From: Candidatus Krumholzibacteriales bacterium
GTDB taxonomy: Bacteria; Krumholzibacteriota; Krumholzibacteriia; Krumholzibacteriales; WJIX01
Length of the DNA stretch: 64,000 nt
Reading direction: 5' to 3'
Assembly (NCBI GenBank): GCA_046483305.1
Contig: JAWODM010000043.1
Span: forward strand, 33,880-97,879
The notes under the pieces: generated by a model
Databases searched by the model: none
What the model was told of the DNA's origin: nothing
Seen by the model: the letters and a program-made list of their open reading frames with translations, nothing else
Shown: positions 55,691 to 64,000 of the stretch, piece by piece
How the letters are laid out: every line of letters begins with the position of its first letter
Position numbering within the stretch: position 1 is the first letter of the stretch
Translations under genes and position numbers: made by a program

Positions 55691-58057
55691 TCAATATCTC
55701 TTCTGGTAAATTTCCTCGGGGGACATATTCTTGAGGTCCTCGACCAGCGCGACCAGGTGCGCAATCATAATCTGCCATATCTTCTCGCCCTTTTCGGCGC
55801 TGGCCCTGGTGGGGTCGCCTATCACTCCGCTCTCTGATATCTTCTTGGTGTACATATACCAGGCGACTCCCCGCTTGGAAGTGAATTCCAGGTAACGGCT
55901 CGAAAACCCCGGCACCGATTTTACCGCCTTGTCCATCTTTACCAGTTCAGGCCTGACCGCCAGGGAAGTGCTGGTTTCGATCTCTCCGGCATGTATGTCG
56001 TTAGGGGTTTCGATCATCTTTTCTATATCCACGTCGCTGGTCTCCCCGGTATCCACGCATACGAATATCCTGGCATCCCTGGTTATCTTCTGAGCGGCGT
56101 AGTTTACCGCCGGGATATTCCCTCCGTGCCCGTTTATGATTACCAGCTTGTTAATCCCGTTTGCCGCCGCGCTCATCCCTATTTCATATACCAGGGAGGC
56201 GAGGGTATCGTTACTGATACTGACAGTCCCCTTGAATTCCTCATGCTCGTATGAGACCCCGTACGATATGAGGGGAAGCACCAGCGGCCTGGGGTCGCTG
56301 CAGGCCTCCGCTATTCGCCCGGCCAGGTACCCGGCGTCGAAGGCGTCGCTGTCCAGAGGAAGGTGTGGCCCGTGCTGTTCCACCGAGCCGACCGGAAGAA
56401 GCGCGATATCCACCTTTTTCAGAATTTCAGCCGCATCCGCGCTGGTCAATTCCCCCCAGATATGGCTCCTGGCCCCCGGCCTGTCATCCCCGGCCTTCCT
56501 GCCCGCACCCCCTGCAGCTCCCGTCTCGAAAGGGTACGGCTTCTCTATCTCCGGGTCGGTCAGCGGATAGAAATCCAACCAGCCCCGCTTGACCCTTTTG
56601 ACCGCTCCGTCCGAATGCTTCATGAATATCCGCCAGACCGGCTTCCTCAGATCAACCGGGATACTGTCCATCGGAGACTTTCCGGGATCGAACCTCAGCT
56701 TCATGATTTCGGGGTGTTCCACTCCTTCCGCACCCCCTTCAGGCTGGCGGCCGGCCTTCGCGTTGGCGAGCATATAAAGAAGGTGCTGAACCCCCTCCGC
56801 CTCCTGATGCACCCCGATCTCCCCCAGCCGGCGCAGGCAGTCTTCTATCTGCTCGCTGGTGTACCCGCACCTTCCCGGATCGGCCCCCAGGGCGGTAAGC
56901 ATTCCCACTATCCTTCTGCATTTTTCGCACCTTCCGCAGGGCAGGACCCGCTCCCCCTCGATGTGGGCGGCGTGACAGGAGACCTGCTCCTTCTGAAGGT
57001 CCGGGTAGCGCTCCACCAGTATCTTCTCTATCAGCATTTCAGAGAGCGGCCTGATAATGGAAAACTGGCTGAGGTGCCAGCCCTTCCGCAGGTAATACCG
57101 CGACAGGGCGTTATCGAAATGCCTGCTCTGGTCGTACAGGCCGTTATAGTGTGTTATCCCGCGATGTGAACCCCTCTGGGTGGTGTCGAACTCGTCGCCG
57201 ATTACTATCCTCCCGACCCTCTCCCGGCGGGCGATCGGAAGGGCCCCGAACAGGAACACCGCCACCGTCCACAGCCTTACCGGGTATTCGTCGCTCCTGA
57301 GACTGGCAAAGTCCTTCCTTATGAATGGAAGGTTGCGCAGCATGAAAGCGAAAATCCGGTCTGAGTTTACCCAGACCCTTCCGGTTTCAGGGTATTTCCT
57401 GCTGAAATAGCGGTAGGCGTTGAGAGCGGTGAACCAGTGCCTTCCCGACTCGTTGACGAATACCGGGTGGACCTGTTTGCCCGCCTCGGTCAGCGCTCCG
57501 AAGCTGAGCAGGCTGTCCTTTCCGCCGCTGGAAAGAACCAGGAACCTGTCGCTCTCGGTACTACGCAGCTTCCAGGAACTCTCTCTGGGCCTACCCTTCT
57601 CCCCTTCGAAAAGCAATTCCGCGCCGCAGTATCGTTCCAGTTTTTCGGGGGCCAGTTCCGCGGCCCTGCCGGTCAGAAAGGGGTTCGGCTCGAGAAACTT
57701 CTTAACATATATCTCCCTGGCGGTATTCTCCGCCATCTGCGATATGAACCGCCTGTCGCTTCCGTCAAATAGCCCCCGGAAGATTATCTTTCTGCAGAAC
57801 AGCCCGTAATTGAGAGCAACCTGCGCGGTAATCATCGCCGCCAGGTTCAACGAAGAGGGGTTTTCGGGGTCGAAAACATTCTCCTCATAACTGTAGATAA
57901 GCTCGGCCTGATCCGCCCTTCCACCGGCAACCGCCCGGTAGGGGCATACGGCCCGCTTTCTTTCAACCCGTACCGGCCCCACCTCCAGCCTGTCAATTAC
58001 CCGCAGAATTTCGCTGTTACTCCTGCCTTTTCCGGTTGTTCTGCCCTTTCCCGGCAT
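55691..58057 (-). CDS. Fusion: PP-loop (MurL/QueC-like) domain + creatininase-family amidohydrolase
   Basis: SSGGKDS, SCH, CGRCEKC; C-terminal PVGSVEQHGPHLPLDSD, NGHGGN, HAGEIETS, GVIGDP. Confidence 0.85.
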   Translation of the reverse strand: MPGKGRTTGKGRSNSEILRVIDRLEVGPVRVERKRAVCPYRAVAGGRADQAELIYSYEENVFDPENPSSLNLAAMITAQVALNYGLFCRKIIFRGLFDGSDRRFISQMAENTAREIYVKKFLEPNPFLTGRAAELAPEKLERYCGAELLFEGEKGRPRESSWKLRSTESDRFLVLSSGGKDSLLSFGALTEAGKQVHPVFVNESGRHWFTALNAYRYFSRKYPETGRVWVNSDRIFAFMLRNLPFIRKDFASLRSDEYPVRLWTVAVFLFGALPIARRERVGRIVIGDEFDTTQRGSHRGITHYNGLYDQSRHFDNALSRYYLRKGWHLSQFSIIRPLSEMLIEKILVERYPDLQKEQVSCHAAHIEGERVLPCGRCEKCRRIVGMLTALGADPGRCGYTSEQIEDCLRRLGEIGVHQEAEGVQHLLYMLANAKAGRQPEGGAEGVEHPEIMKLRFDPGKSPMDSIPVDLRKPVWRIFMKHSDGAVKRVKRGWLDFYPLTDPEIEKPYPFETGAAGGAGRKAGDDRPGARSHIWGELTSADAAEILKKVDIALLPVGSVEQHGPHLPLDSDAFDAGYLAGRIAEACSDPRPLVLPLISYGVSYEHEEFKGTVSISNDTLASLVYEIGMSAAANGINKLVIINGHGGNIPAVNYAAQKITRDARIFVCVDTGETSDVDIEKMIETPNDIHAGEIETSTSLAVRPELVKMDKAVKSVPGFSSRYLEFTSKRGVAWYMYTKKISESGVIGDPTRASAEKGEKIWQIMIAHLVALVEDLKNMSPEEIYQKRY

Positions 58058-58064
58058 ATCCCCC

Positions 58065-59177
58065 TCATTTCTTCTGACTCGTCCCTCCGGCCCTCAGGCC
58101 GTTCTCCGAAAAGTACGGCTCCAGAGCGGATATCAGCCCGGAGACACCGTCCCGCATAACATCGAATGCGGGGATTCCGGCCTCCCTGGTTATTCGCGCG
58201 CAAACGGCCGGTATATCGCCGCAGGCGATATTCTCATGGTTAACCGTGACCGCGACTACCTTTCTGTCCGAGATAACCTCCACCGCCTGTATCTGCCTGG
58301 CAAGGGGATGAACCGGATATCCCGGGAACCCGTCATAATCCTTCCTGGCCGGAGCGTGCTGAAGTATAACTATATCCGGCCGGCCGGCAGCAAGGATCTC
58401 GAACCCCCCCGGATAGGCCGGATTCATCAGGCTGCCCTGGCCTTCCAGGACTAACACGTCAGGGGCTCTTTCCTTCCAGGCGGACCAGACCGCATGCTCG
58501 ATCTCCCCGGAAACAAAGTCGTTAACGAGGGAATCGAACAGTATGCTGTACCGCGCGCCCTGCATCCAGGCGGTCTGCCCGGTACCGATCATCTCCGCCG
58601 TCCGCCCCCCTTCACGAAGCCCCTGCACCAGCTTCCAGGCGGTGGTTCTCTTTCCCACCGCCGAATCAGTCCCCAGAACAGCTATTCTGAATAATTCTAC
58701 CTCTTCTATCTTCCCGCTGAAGAAGTGCAGCTCGCCCCTGGGGGGAGGCTTTCTTATATCGCGGAGGGTCACCCCCCTCTCCGCAGCCAGCCCGGAAAGT
58801 TCCTTATCTTCGCTCAGGAAGTCATGCAGCCCGCAGTCGATATTCAGCCCCATAGTTATGCATTTCTTCAGGTCCTCGCGGGCGGAAACGCTCAGCCGCC
58901 CCCCGTCCGGGGCCAATCCCACCACCAGGTACCGGGCCGGCCCACCCCTCTCCCGGGCTCTGTTAACCGCGGTTTCCACGTCTCCGAGAATGGGGATCCC
59001 CGATTTCTCGCCGTCCAGAACCTCTCCGGCGTCTCTCCCCTCGTACCTGGTATCCACCACCGAAAGCACCCTGTATCTCTCCGTAAAGCGGACCAGGCCG
59101 TGAGCTGTCTTGCCATTGGTGGTGTTAAAGGCGCCCTGGCAGTAAACTATAGCGTTTCCGTCATAACTTCCCGTCAT
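58065..59177 (-). CDS. DUF1611-family protein (DgcN-like)
   Basis: KTAHGL, GLHDFL, GTDSAVGKRTT, TGQT, EGQGSL; ATGA overlap with the upstream gene. Confidence 0.9.
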   Translation of the reverse strand: MTGSYDGNAIVYCQGAFNTTNGKTAHGLVRFTERYRVLSVVDTRYEGRDAGEVLDGEKSGIPILGDVETAVNRARERGGPARYLVVGLAPDGGRLSVSAREDLKKCITMGLNIDCGLHDFLSEDKELSGLAAERGVTLRDIRKPPPRGELHFFSGKIEEVELFRIAVLGTDSAVGKRTTAWKLVQGLREGGRTAEMIGTGQTAWMQGARYSILFDSLVNDFVSGEIEHAVWSAWKERAPDVLVLEGQGSLMNPAYPGGFEILAAGRPDIVILQHAPARKDYDGFPGYPVHPLARQIQAVEVISDRKVVAVTVNHENIACGDIPAVCARITREAGIPAFDVMRDGVSGLISALEPYFSENGLRAGGTSQKK

Positions 59178-60307
59178 GACCTTCTCCCTGTCAGTATTAC
59201 AACGTACCTGTCGCTCATAAACGGGATATTGCGGTGCCGGTCCACCAGGGCTATCAGCCCGGCGGTGGAGGCGGGAAGAACATGAAGCCCTTCTCTCTCC
59301 CTGATAAGTTTGCTGAACGACATCATGCTCTTGTCGGAGGCGTTCGCCGCCCACCCGCCCGTAGCCCTCACCGCCTCCAGCGCGTAATCCCCGTCTATGG
59401 AGCGCCAGTTGATCAGCGGTTCGTTAACCGCCGTTTCCTTTATCTTCGACGGTTCCAGGTCTTCGCAGACCTCGCTCTTTTTGATGTAAGCCTGCACGAT
59501 CGGATTCTTCATGTAGGAAGACCCGGCCACCATCCGGGGAATCCTGGACGTCTTGCCCCTCCGGTAGAGGCTCAGGAAACCCCTGTATATACCGGCGATG
59601 GTGGTTCCGTTGGATACCGGCACCGCCACCGCGGCGGGAGCGTCTCTTAGCTCATCGTAGATCTCGTACGCAATCCCGCCGTACGCCCTCAGCTGCAGAG
59701 AGGTATTGTCTCCGCCCGGGTTGGCGTCATATATTTCATTACCGGAGGCGTAATCCTGGGATATCTCCACCGCCCTCTCGTAATCACCCCCGACCCGCTT
59801 TATCTCCGCGCCAACCTCCTCCATCTCTTTCGCTCTCCTGGTATGGTAATTCTCCGGTATGAACACCACGCACCTCAATCCGGCCAGAGAGGCGGCAAGA
59901 GCCGCGGCCACTCCGTAATTCCCGCAGGTGGCTATGGTTATGGCATCGAAGCCTCTTCTGAGAGCATCCATGGCCTGGGCGAAAGCTATCCTGTCCTTCT
60001 GCGTACCGCTGGGGTTGCCCCCCTCGAATTTAAGATAGATCTGCCTGAACCCCACTTCCCTCTCGATATTCCTTGCCCTGACCAGAGCGGTATCGCCGAT
60101 TTCGGAGTCGAATATATCTTCGTACGCCTCCAGGCGCTCTTCCAGGGGATAATCCCTGTTGGCGGCGATCTTCATCTGGTCTTCCACCTGCCTGGAGACC
60201 TCTGATATCTCGCCCCGCGCGTCGTCGAAGAGAAACATATCTTCGCCGCGGCCTTTAAAGCCGCCGTCCTCATTAACGGGTTTACCCGCCGAGCCGTTAC
60301 TTTTCAT
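59174..60307 (-). CDS. Fold-type II PLP enzyme (threonine/cysteate synthase-like)
   Basis: LKFEGGNPSGTQKDR, ATCGNYG, PVSNGTT, EGLHVLPAS, ILTG. Confidence 0.9.
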   Translation of the reverse strand: MKSNGSAGKPVNEDGGFKGRGEDMFLFDDARGEISEVSRQVEDQMKIAANRDYPLEERLEAYEDIFDSEIGDTALVRARNIEREVGFRQIYLKFEGGNPSGTQKDRIAFAQAMDALRRGFDAITIATCGNYGVAAALAASLAGLRCVVFIPENYHTRRAKEMEEVGAEIKRVGGDYERAVEISQDYASGNEIYDANPGGDNTSLQLRAYGGIAYEIYDELRDAPAAVAVPVSNGTTIAGIYRGFLSLYRRGKTSRIPRMVAGSSYMKNPIVQAYIKKSEVCEDLEPSKIKETAVNEPLINWRSIDGDYALEAVRATGGWAANASDKSMMSFSKLIREREGLHVLPASTAGLIALVDRHRNIPFMSDRYVVILTGRRS

Positions 60308-60506
60308 TTTAAGATAAGATCCTTTGTTGAGAACTCCTCTAACCGATTCTAACACCGGCGGGTGAAAATAATCAAATATATAATCTGCCGCCAGAGAAAT
60401 TCTGCCCTGCAACATAAAAGTTCAGGGTAAAATATATAGCGATCAGATTGGATCTGCCGGGTTAATGGCTATGGCTGAACAAATAAAAACAACCCGCTTA
60501 TATTCA

Positions 60507-60541
60507 AACAGCCCCGGCGGCCAGAACACGCCGGGGCTGTT
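60507..60541 (-). terminator. Terminator-like hairpin after M6 protease
   Basis: AACAGCCCCGGCG...CGCCGGGGCTGTT, 13-bp stem. Confidence 0.75.
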
Positions 60542-60570
60542 GTTACATCCGTTTTACTTCGGGGCAGTGC

Positions 60571-63171
60571 TTACCTCAGAAGTATAAGCTTTCTCACCGC
60601 GCTGAAGTTTTTCCCCGCCTGAACACGGTAGAAGTAGACTCCCGATATCACATCCATTCCCCTGTCGTTCTTGCCGTTCCACTGAACCCGGTAGGCGTCG
60701 GGCGAAAGCACATTGTCGACCAGGGTCCTGATCAGCTTTCCGTTGACGTCGTACACCCTCAGGGTCACCGGCTGGCGCTCCGATATCTCGAACGGTATGA
60801 TGGTCGAAGGGTTGAAGGGATTGGGGTAATTCTGGCCCAGGGCGAAACGTTCCGGAAGCCCCGGATCCCCAGCATCTGTAATCGAGCCGGTAATTTCAAA
60901 TCCGTCCGGAAGAACCGCCGTCTGCCCGTCCGGGTTCTCCACAACCACGTCGTAGAGGCCGGGATTCGCTCCGGAGATATCTATGGTTCCGGTCATCTTT
61001 TCGTGCCCGACCCATTCAGCGCCCAGAGCCGGTATATCCGGGTCGGTTCCGTTGGTCAGGTAGAAGGTGGCTCCGTAATTCAGCCTGGTGCCGAGAATTG
61101 CTGCAATATCCACTGTGTCCGCTTCCGAAACATCAGCGGTATCCGGCGTAACGGAAACCAGAGAGGGCGCCAGCCATCCTCCCCGCATGGTCGCGGTCAT
61201 GGGGTCCCCGGAGGCGCTGATCGAAGAGACCGCCACGTTGGTGGCCAGCTGATTGTTGCTGAGGCTGTTCGGCGCGGAACCGTTATCGAACAGAGTATTG
61301 GAAGAGGTTCCCGGGAAGGGGTCGCCCCCATCTCCGCGGTTGTTCCCCAGCAGGAGGTCATTCAACCCGTCAGCTTCCTCCATGACCACCCCGCGCGGCT
61401 GGTTGTCGCCTGCGCCGCCGGTGTTGCCGTTTCCGGTAGTGGCAATATCCTGGGAAACGTGCCAGATATTGAGCCCTCCGTCACCGTGGACGTACTGATC
61501 GAATCCAAGCGCCTGGCGGTTCTCCACCAGGAAGAATTCAGCCGGGTCGCTCATATCGACGTACCAGCCGTCCTCATAAGATTCGAAACCGGTGGAATAG
61601 TTCTCTCCGCCCCCCGTAACCGAAACGTTATCGAAGGTAAAGGCGCCGCCGCACGAAGAATTAAAATTCTCGTCTGCATCCGAATAGGCGTAATCCGACT
61701 CGAAGCGGAAGCTGATCTGATACTCCGAAGCCCCGCTTCCGGAAAGGTAGGAGGAAAGGTCAAAGAATTCCGCCCCGGAGCTGATGCCGTGATAGGTTTC
61801 AACAACTGTCTCTGTTCCGTTTACCGTTATGGTAAGATATGTGAAATCGAAATCCTGCTCGGAGTACTGGCTGTAGTCAAAGGCAAGATTTACCGGATCG
61901 GTTCCGTCATAACTGAATGTCCTTGATACTGTCTCGTTCCATCCGTTTCCGTAACCGGCTCCCCCCGGCCAGTTCCGGATGGTCGCTTCGGCCGCAGTGA
62001 GACCGCAATGCATGGAATAGCTTCCTGTTATGGCGCACTGGGTGAGCCTTCTCCAGCGCTCCTCCATAACATTGAGACGGTATGCCTCGCTGTTGAATTC
62101 CACATTATTTATACTGTAGGATGCCGGATCCGGGCCAACCACCGCCGGGATTATCCATCCCAGCTGCATCTTGGACCAGGCGCACATGTGCGCGGGTGAT
62201 TCGGGCTGGTTCCAGCTCCCCGAACCCATCAGCCCCCAGTGACCTATACCTGAACCCCCGCCCCCGTTGGTATCGTAAAGATCGGGAAGGCCGAAGGCAT
62301 GGCCGAATTCGTGGCAGAAAACTCCTATCTCGATCATGGAGCTCGAGCAGGAAAGGGCCGGCTGTATGGTATAATCGTAAACCTTTATGTATCCCCCTCC
62401 GCTTCTGGGATCATTGGTCTGGTAGGGATAACTGAATTCGGGCCATCCGGTCACTACCCACCGGTGAGACCAGATATTGGTGTTCCCGCACTCTCCGCCC
62501 GCTTCGGCATGCACGAAGGATACGAAATCGACATATCCGTCGTCATCTCCGGAATTGGGTACCCCGTCCGGGCCGTCGTTGTCATACTGGCCGAAATCTA
62601 TGCTTGAATCCCAGTTGTTAAGGGTCTCCAGGATCAGCTGCCCCACCTTGGAATCGCTTCCCAGCCCGTTCTCGCTTCCTTCATAATAGGTGTCGTTTTC
62701 CGAGAGCAGAAACCAGTCACTAACCGTACCGGTCAGGTTGAGGTTCCCGTAGGATATCTCATCATAGAACCCGGTCATGGTGCCGGTGGCCCATGGACCG
62801 TCAAACAGCTCCTGCTGCAGGTCGGACGAGGGATACGGATTGGACCCCGTATTCTGGAATTTAACCATGAATACCGGAACCCCCGCCGTGCCGGACACGG
62901 CGGTCTCCGCCAGGGAGCTTCTCAATACTGATTCGCTGTTTTCCAGATAACTGAACTCCCTCAGTATCCGTTTGCGGTTTTCTCTGGCCAGCTCCGCCTT
63001 CTGAATCCAGGCCTTCTGAAACCTGAAAGCCGTCTTGTCTTTTTTGATCCTCTCCAGGTATCCCCGGGGGTATTCAACCTCTTCTCTGGGCGGGTAAACC
63101 TGGGCGGAAAGCTGAATTGAAAAGATAATGATCATAAATGCGGCAAGAAACAGTATTGGTCTCCGGTACAT
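60571..63171 (-). CDS. Secreted M6 (immune inhibitor A-like) metalloprotease with C-terminal sorting domain
   Basis: Signal peptide; IWSH; HEFGHAFGLPDLY; LMGSGSW; FLVENR; QNYPNPFNP tail. Confidence 0.93.
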   Translation of the reverse strand: MYRRPILFLAAFMIIIFSIQLSAQVYPPREEVEYPRGYLERIKKDKTAFRFQKAWIQKAELARENRKRILREFSYLENSESVLRSSLAETAVSGTAGVPVFMVKFQNTGSNPYPSSDLQQELFDGPWATGTMTGFYDEISYGNLNLTGTVSDWFLLSENDTYYEGSENGLGSDSKVGQLILETLNNWDSSIDFGQYDNDGPDGVPNSGDDDGYVDFVSFVHAEAGGECGNTNIWSHRWVVTGWPEFSYPYQTNDPRSGGGYIKVYDYTIQPALSCSSSMIEIGVFCHEFGHAFGLPDLYDTNGGGGSGIGHWGLMGSGSWNQPESPAHMCAWSKMQLGWIIPAVVGPDPASYSINNVEFNSEAYRLNVMEERWRRLTQCAITGSYSMHCGLTAAEATIRNWPGGAGYGNGWNETVSRTFSYDGTDPVNLAFDYSQYSEQDFDFTYLTITVNGTETVVETYHGISSGAEFFDLSSYLSGSGASEYQISFRFESDYAYSDADENFNSSCGGAFTFDNVSVTGGGENYSTGFESYEDGWYVDMSDPAEFFLVENRQALGFDQYVHGDGGLNIWHVSQDIATTGNGNTGGAGDNQPRGVVMEEADGLNDLLLGNNRGDGGDPFPGTSSNTLFDNGSAPNSLSNNQLATNVAVSSISASGDPMTATMRGGWLAPSLVSVTPDTADVSEADTVDIAAILGTRLNYGATFYLTNGTDPDIPALGAEWVGHEKMTGTIDISGANPGLYDVVVENPDGQTAVLPDGFEITGSITDAGDPGLPERFALGQNYPNPFNPSTIIPFEISERQPVTLRVYDVNGKLIRTLVDNVLSPDAYRVQWNGKNDRGMDVISGVYFYRVQAGKNFSAVRKLILLR

Positions 63172-63594
63172 TCTTCTCTCCCTTGATTTACGCCAGTAGA
63201 CAGATAAAGAGCGGGTCTGCCGCCTGCCTGTACGCGTGCGTTCACCCCCGCTCCGCTGTAATAATATACCATATCGGTAGACTATTTGTAAAGCAAATTC
63301 GCCGCCTTCTTCTCTCCGGGACAACCCGGTTATGCCAGCCGCCTGCATGACTTTTTGTTTTCATTCATTAAAATATCGGCTGCGGCAAAACGGCAGGCAG
63401 GACTGTATCCCATTACCTGGTTATTGTAACCCCGGGGCGGGGCGGTATGGGGACAGTCGTCGGAGTAGAGAATACCAGTCTGTTTCTGTCTGTTCCTGCA
63501 ACACTAACCCCATAATTTTATATGAGTTAGCATTGACTGCATCTGCCGCCAGCTATATACTTCTGCCCGCGTCCTGAAATACCCGGAGGTGGAT

Positions 63595-64000
63595 ATGCCC
63601 CTCGAAACCGGCTTTCTTTTCTTCCTTATAGCTGCCGCGGTGGTTTTTGTCGTCAGCGAAAAGGTCTCCTTCGACGTGACCGCACTGATCATTACAGGCA
63701 TACTGATGGCCTCAGGGATACTTACGCGCGCCCAGCGCCATACTGGTCTGCCTGACGATGCTGATGACCAATATCATATCGAACCAGGCGTCGGCGGTCC
63801 TTCTTGCCCCCATAATGATCAGCGCCGCCAATTCGATGTCGGTGAACCCCCGCACCTTCCTGTTCGCCCTGGCCTTTGCCAGTTCGCTGAGCTTTGCCAC
63901 GCCGGTTGGTTACCAGGCCAATACCATGATATACAACGCCGGGAGGTACAGATTCGGCGATTTCGTGCGGATAGGAGTGTCTCTGAGTATTATACTCTGG
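63595..64000 (+). pseudogene. SLC13-family permease remnant with internal deletion and frameshift
   Basis: GGAGG + ATG 63595 encode MPLETGFLFFLIAAAVVFVVSEKVSFDVTALII...GILT; from ~63737 the +1 frame encodes the C-terminus (TNIISNQASAVLLAP...ATPVGYQANTMIYNAGRYRFGDF). Confidence 0.8.

Noticed and set aside
1..64000. CRISPR array, tRNA, rRNA or IS element
   Set aside because: No regularly spaced repeats, cloverleaf, rRNA signature or transposase was seen by eye; short or degenerate cases could have been missed.

Overview
Bacterial chromosomal segment, probably from a diderm anaerobe. C-terminal QNYPNPFNP-type sorting domains on two secreted proteases suggest an FCB-related lineage such as Krumholzibacteriota/Latescibacterota (inference). 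The left end (1-~3300) is an integron-cassette-like region: one clear attC hairpin lies between a TM-NTPase-TPR gene and an AT-rich truncated ORF, and there is no integrase in the window. The rest encodes an M1 aminopeptidase, pyruvate kinase, an Rrf2-cusCBA-like efflux operon, S8 and M6 proteases, a two-component/Trk module, signalling and transport genes, two nucleotidyltransferase TA-like pairs, a membrane-anchored reductive-dehalogenase-like protein, iorAB and a deleted SLC13 pseudogene. The best candidates for undescribed systems are: (i) a PLP enzyme-DUF1611-[PP-loop+creatininase fusion]-epimerase operon; (ii) a DsrE-TusA-MvhD-HdrA-HdrA-HTH-QmoC operon with no APS reductase or HdrB nearby; (iii) a structured ~155-nt RNA candidate behind a sigma54-like promoter; (iv) the STAND-TPR cassette; (v) cargo modules bracketed by 40-80 bp direct repeats. 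No rRNA, tRNA, CRISPR array, transposase or integrase was recognised. All calls come from motif reading by eye, with no database searches.
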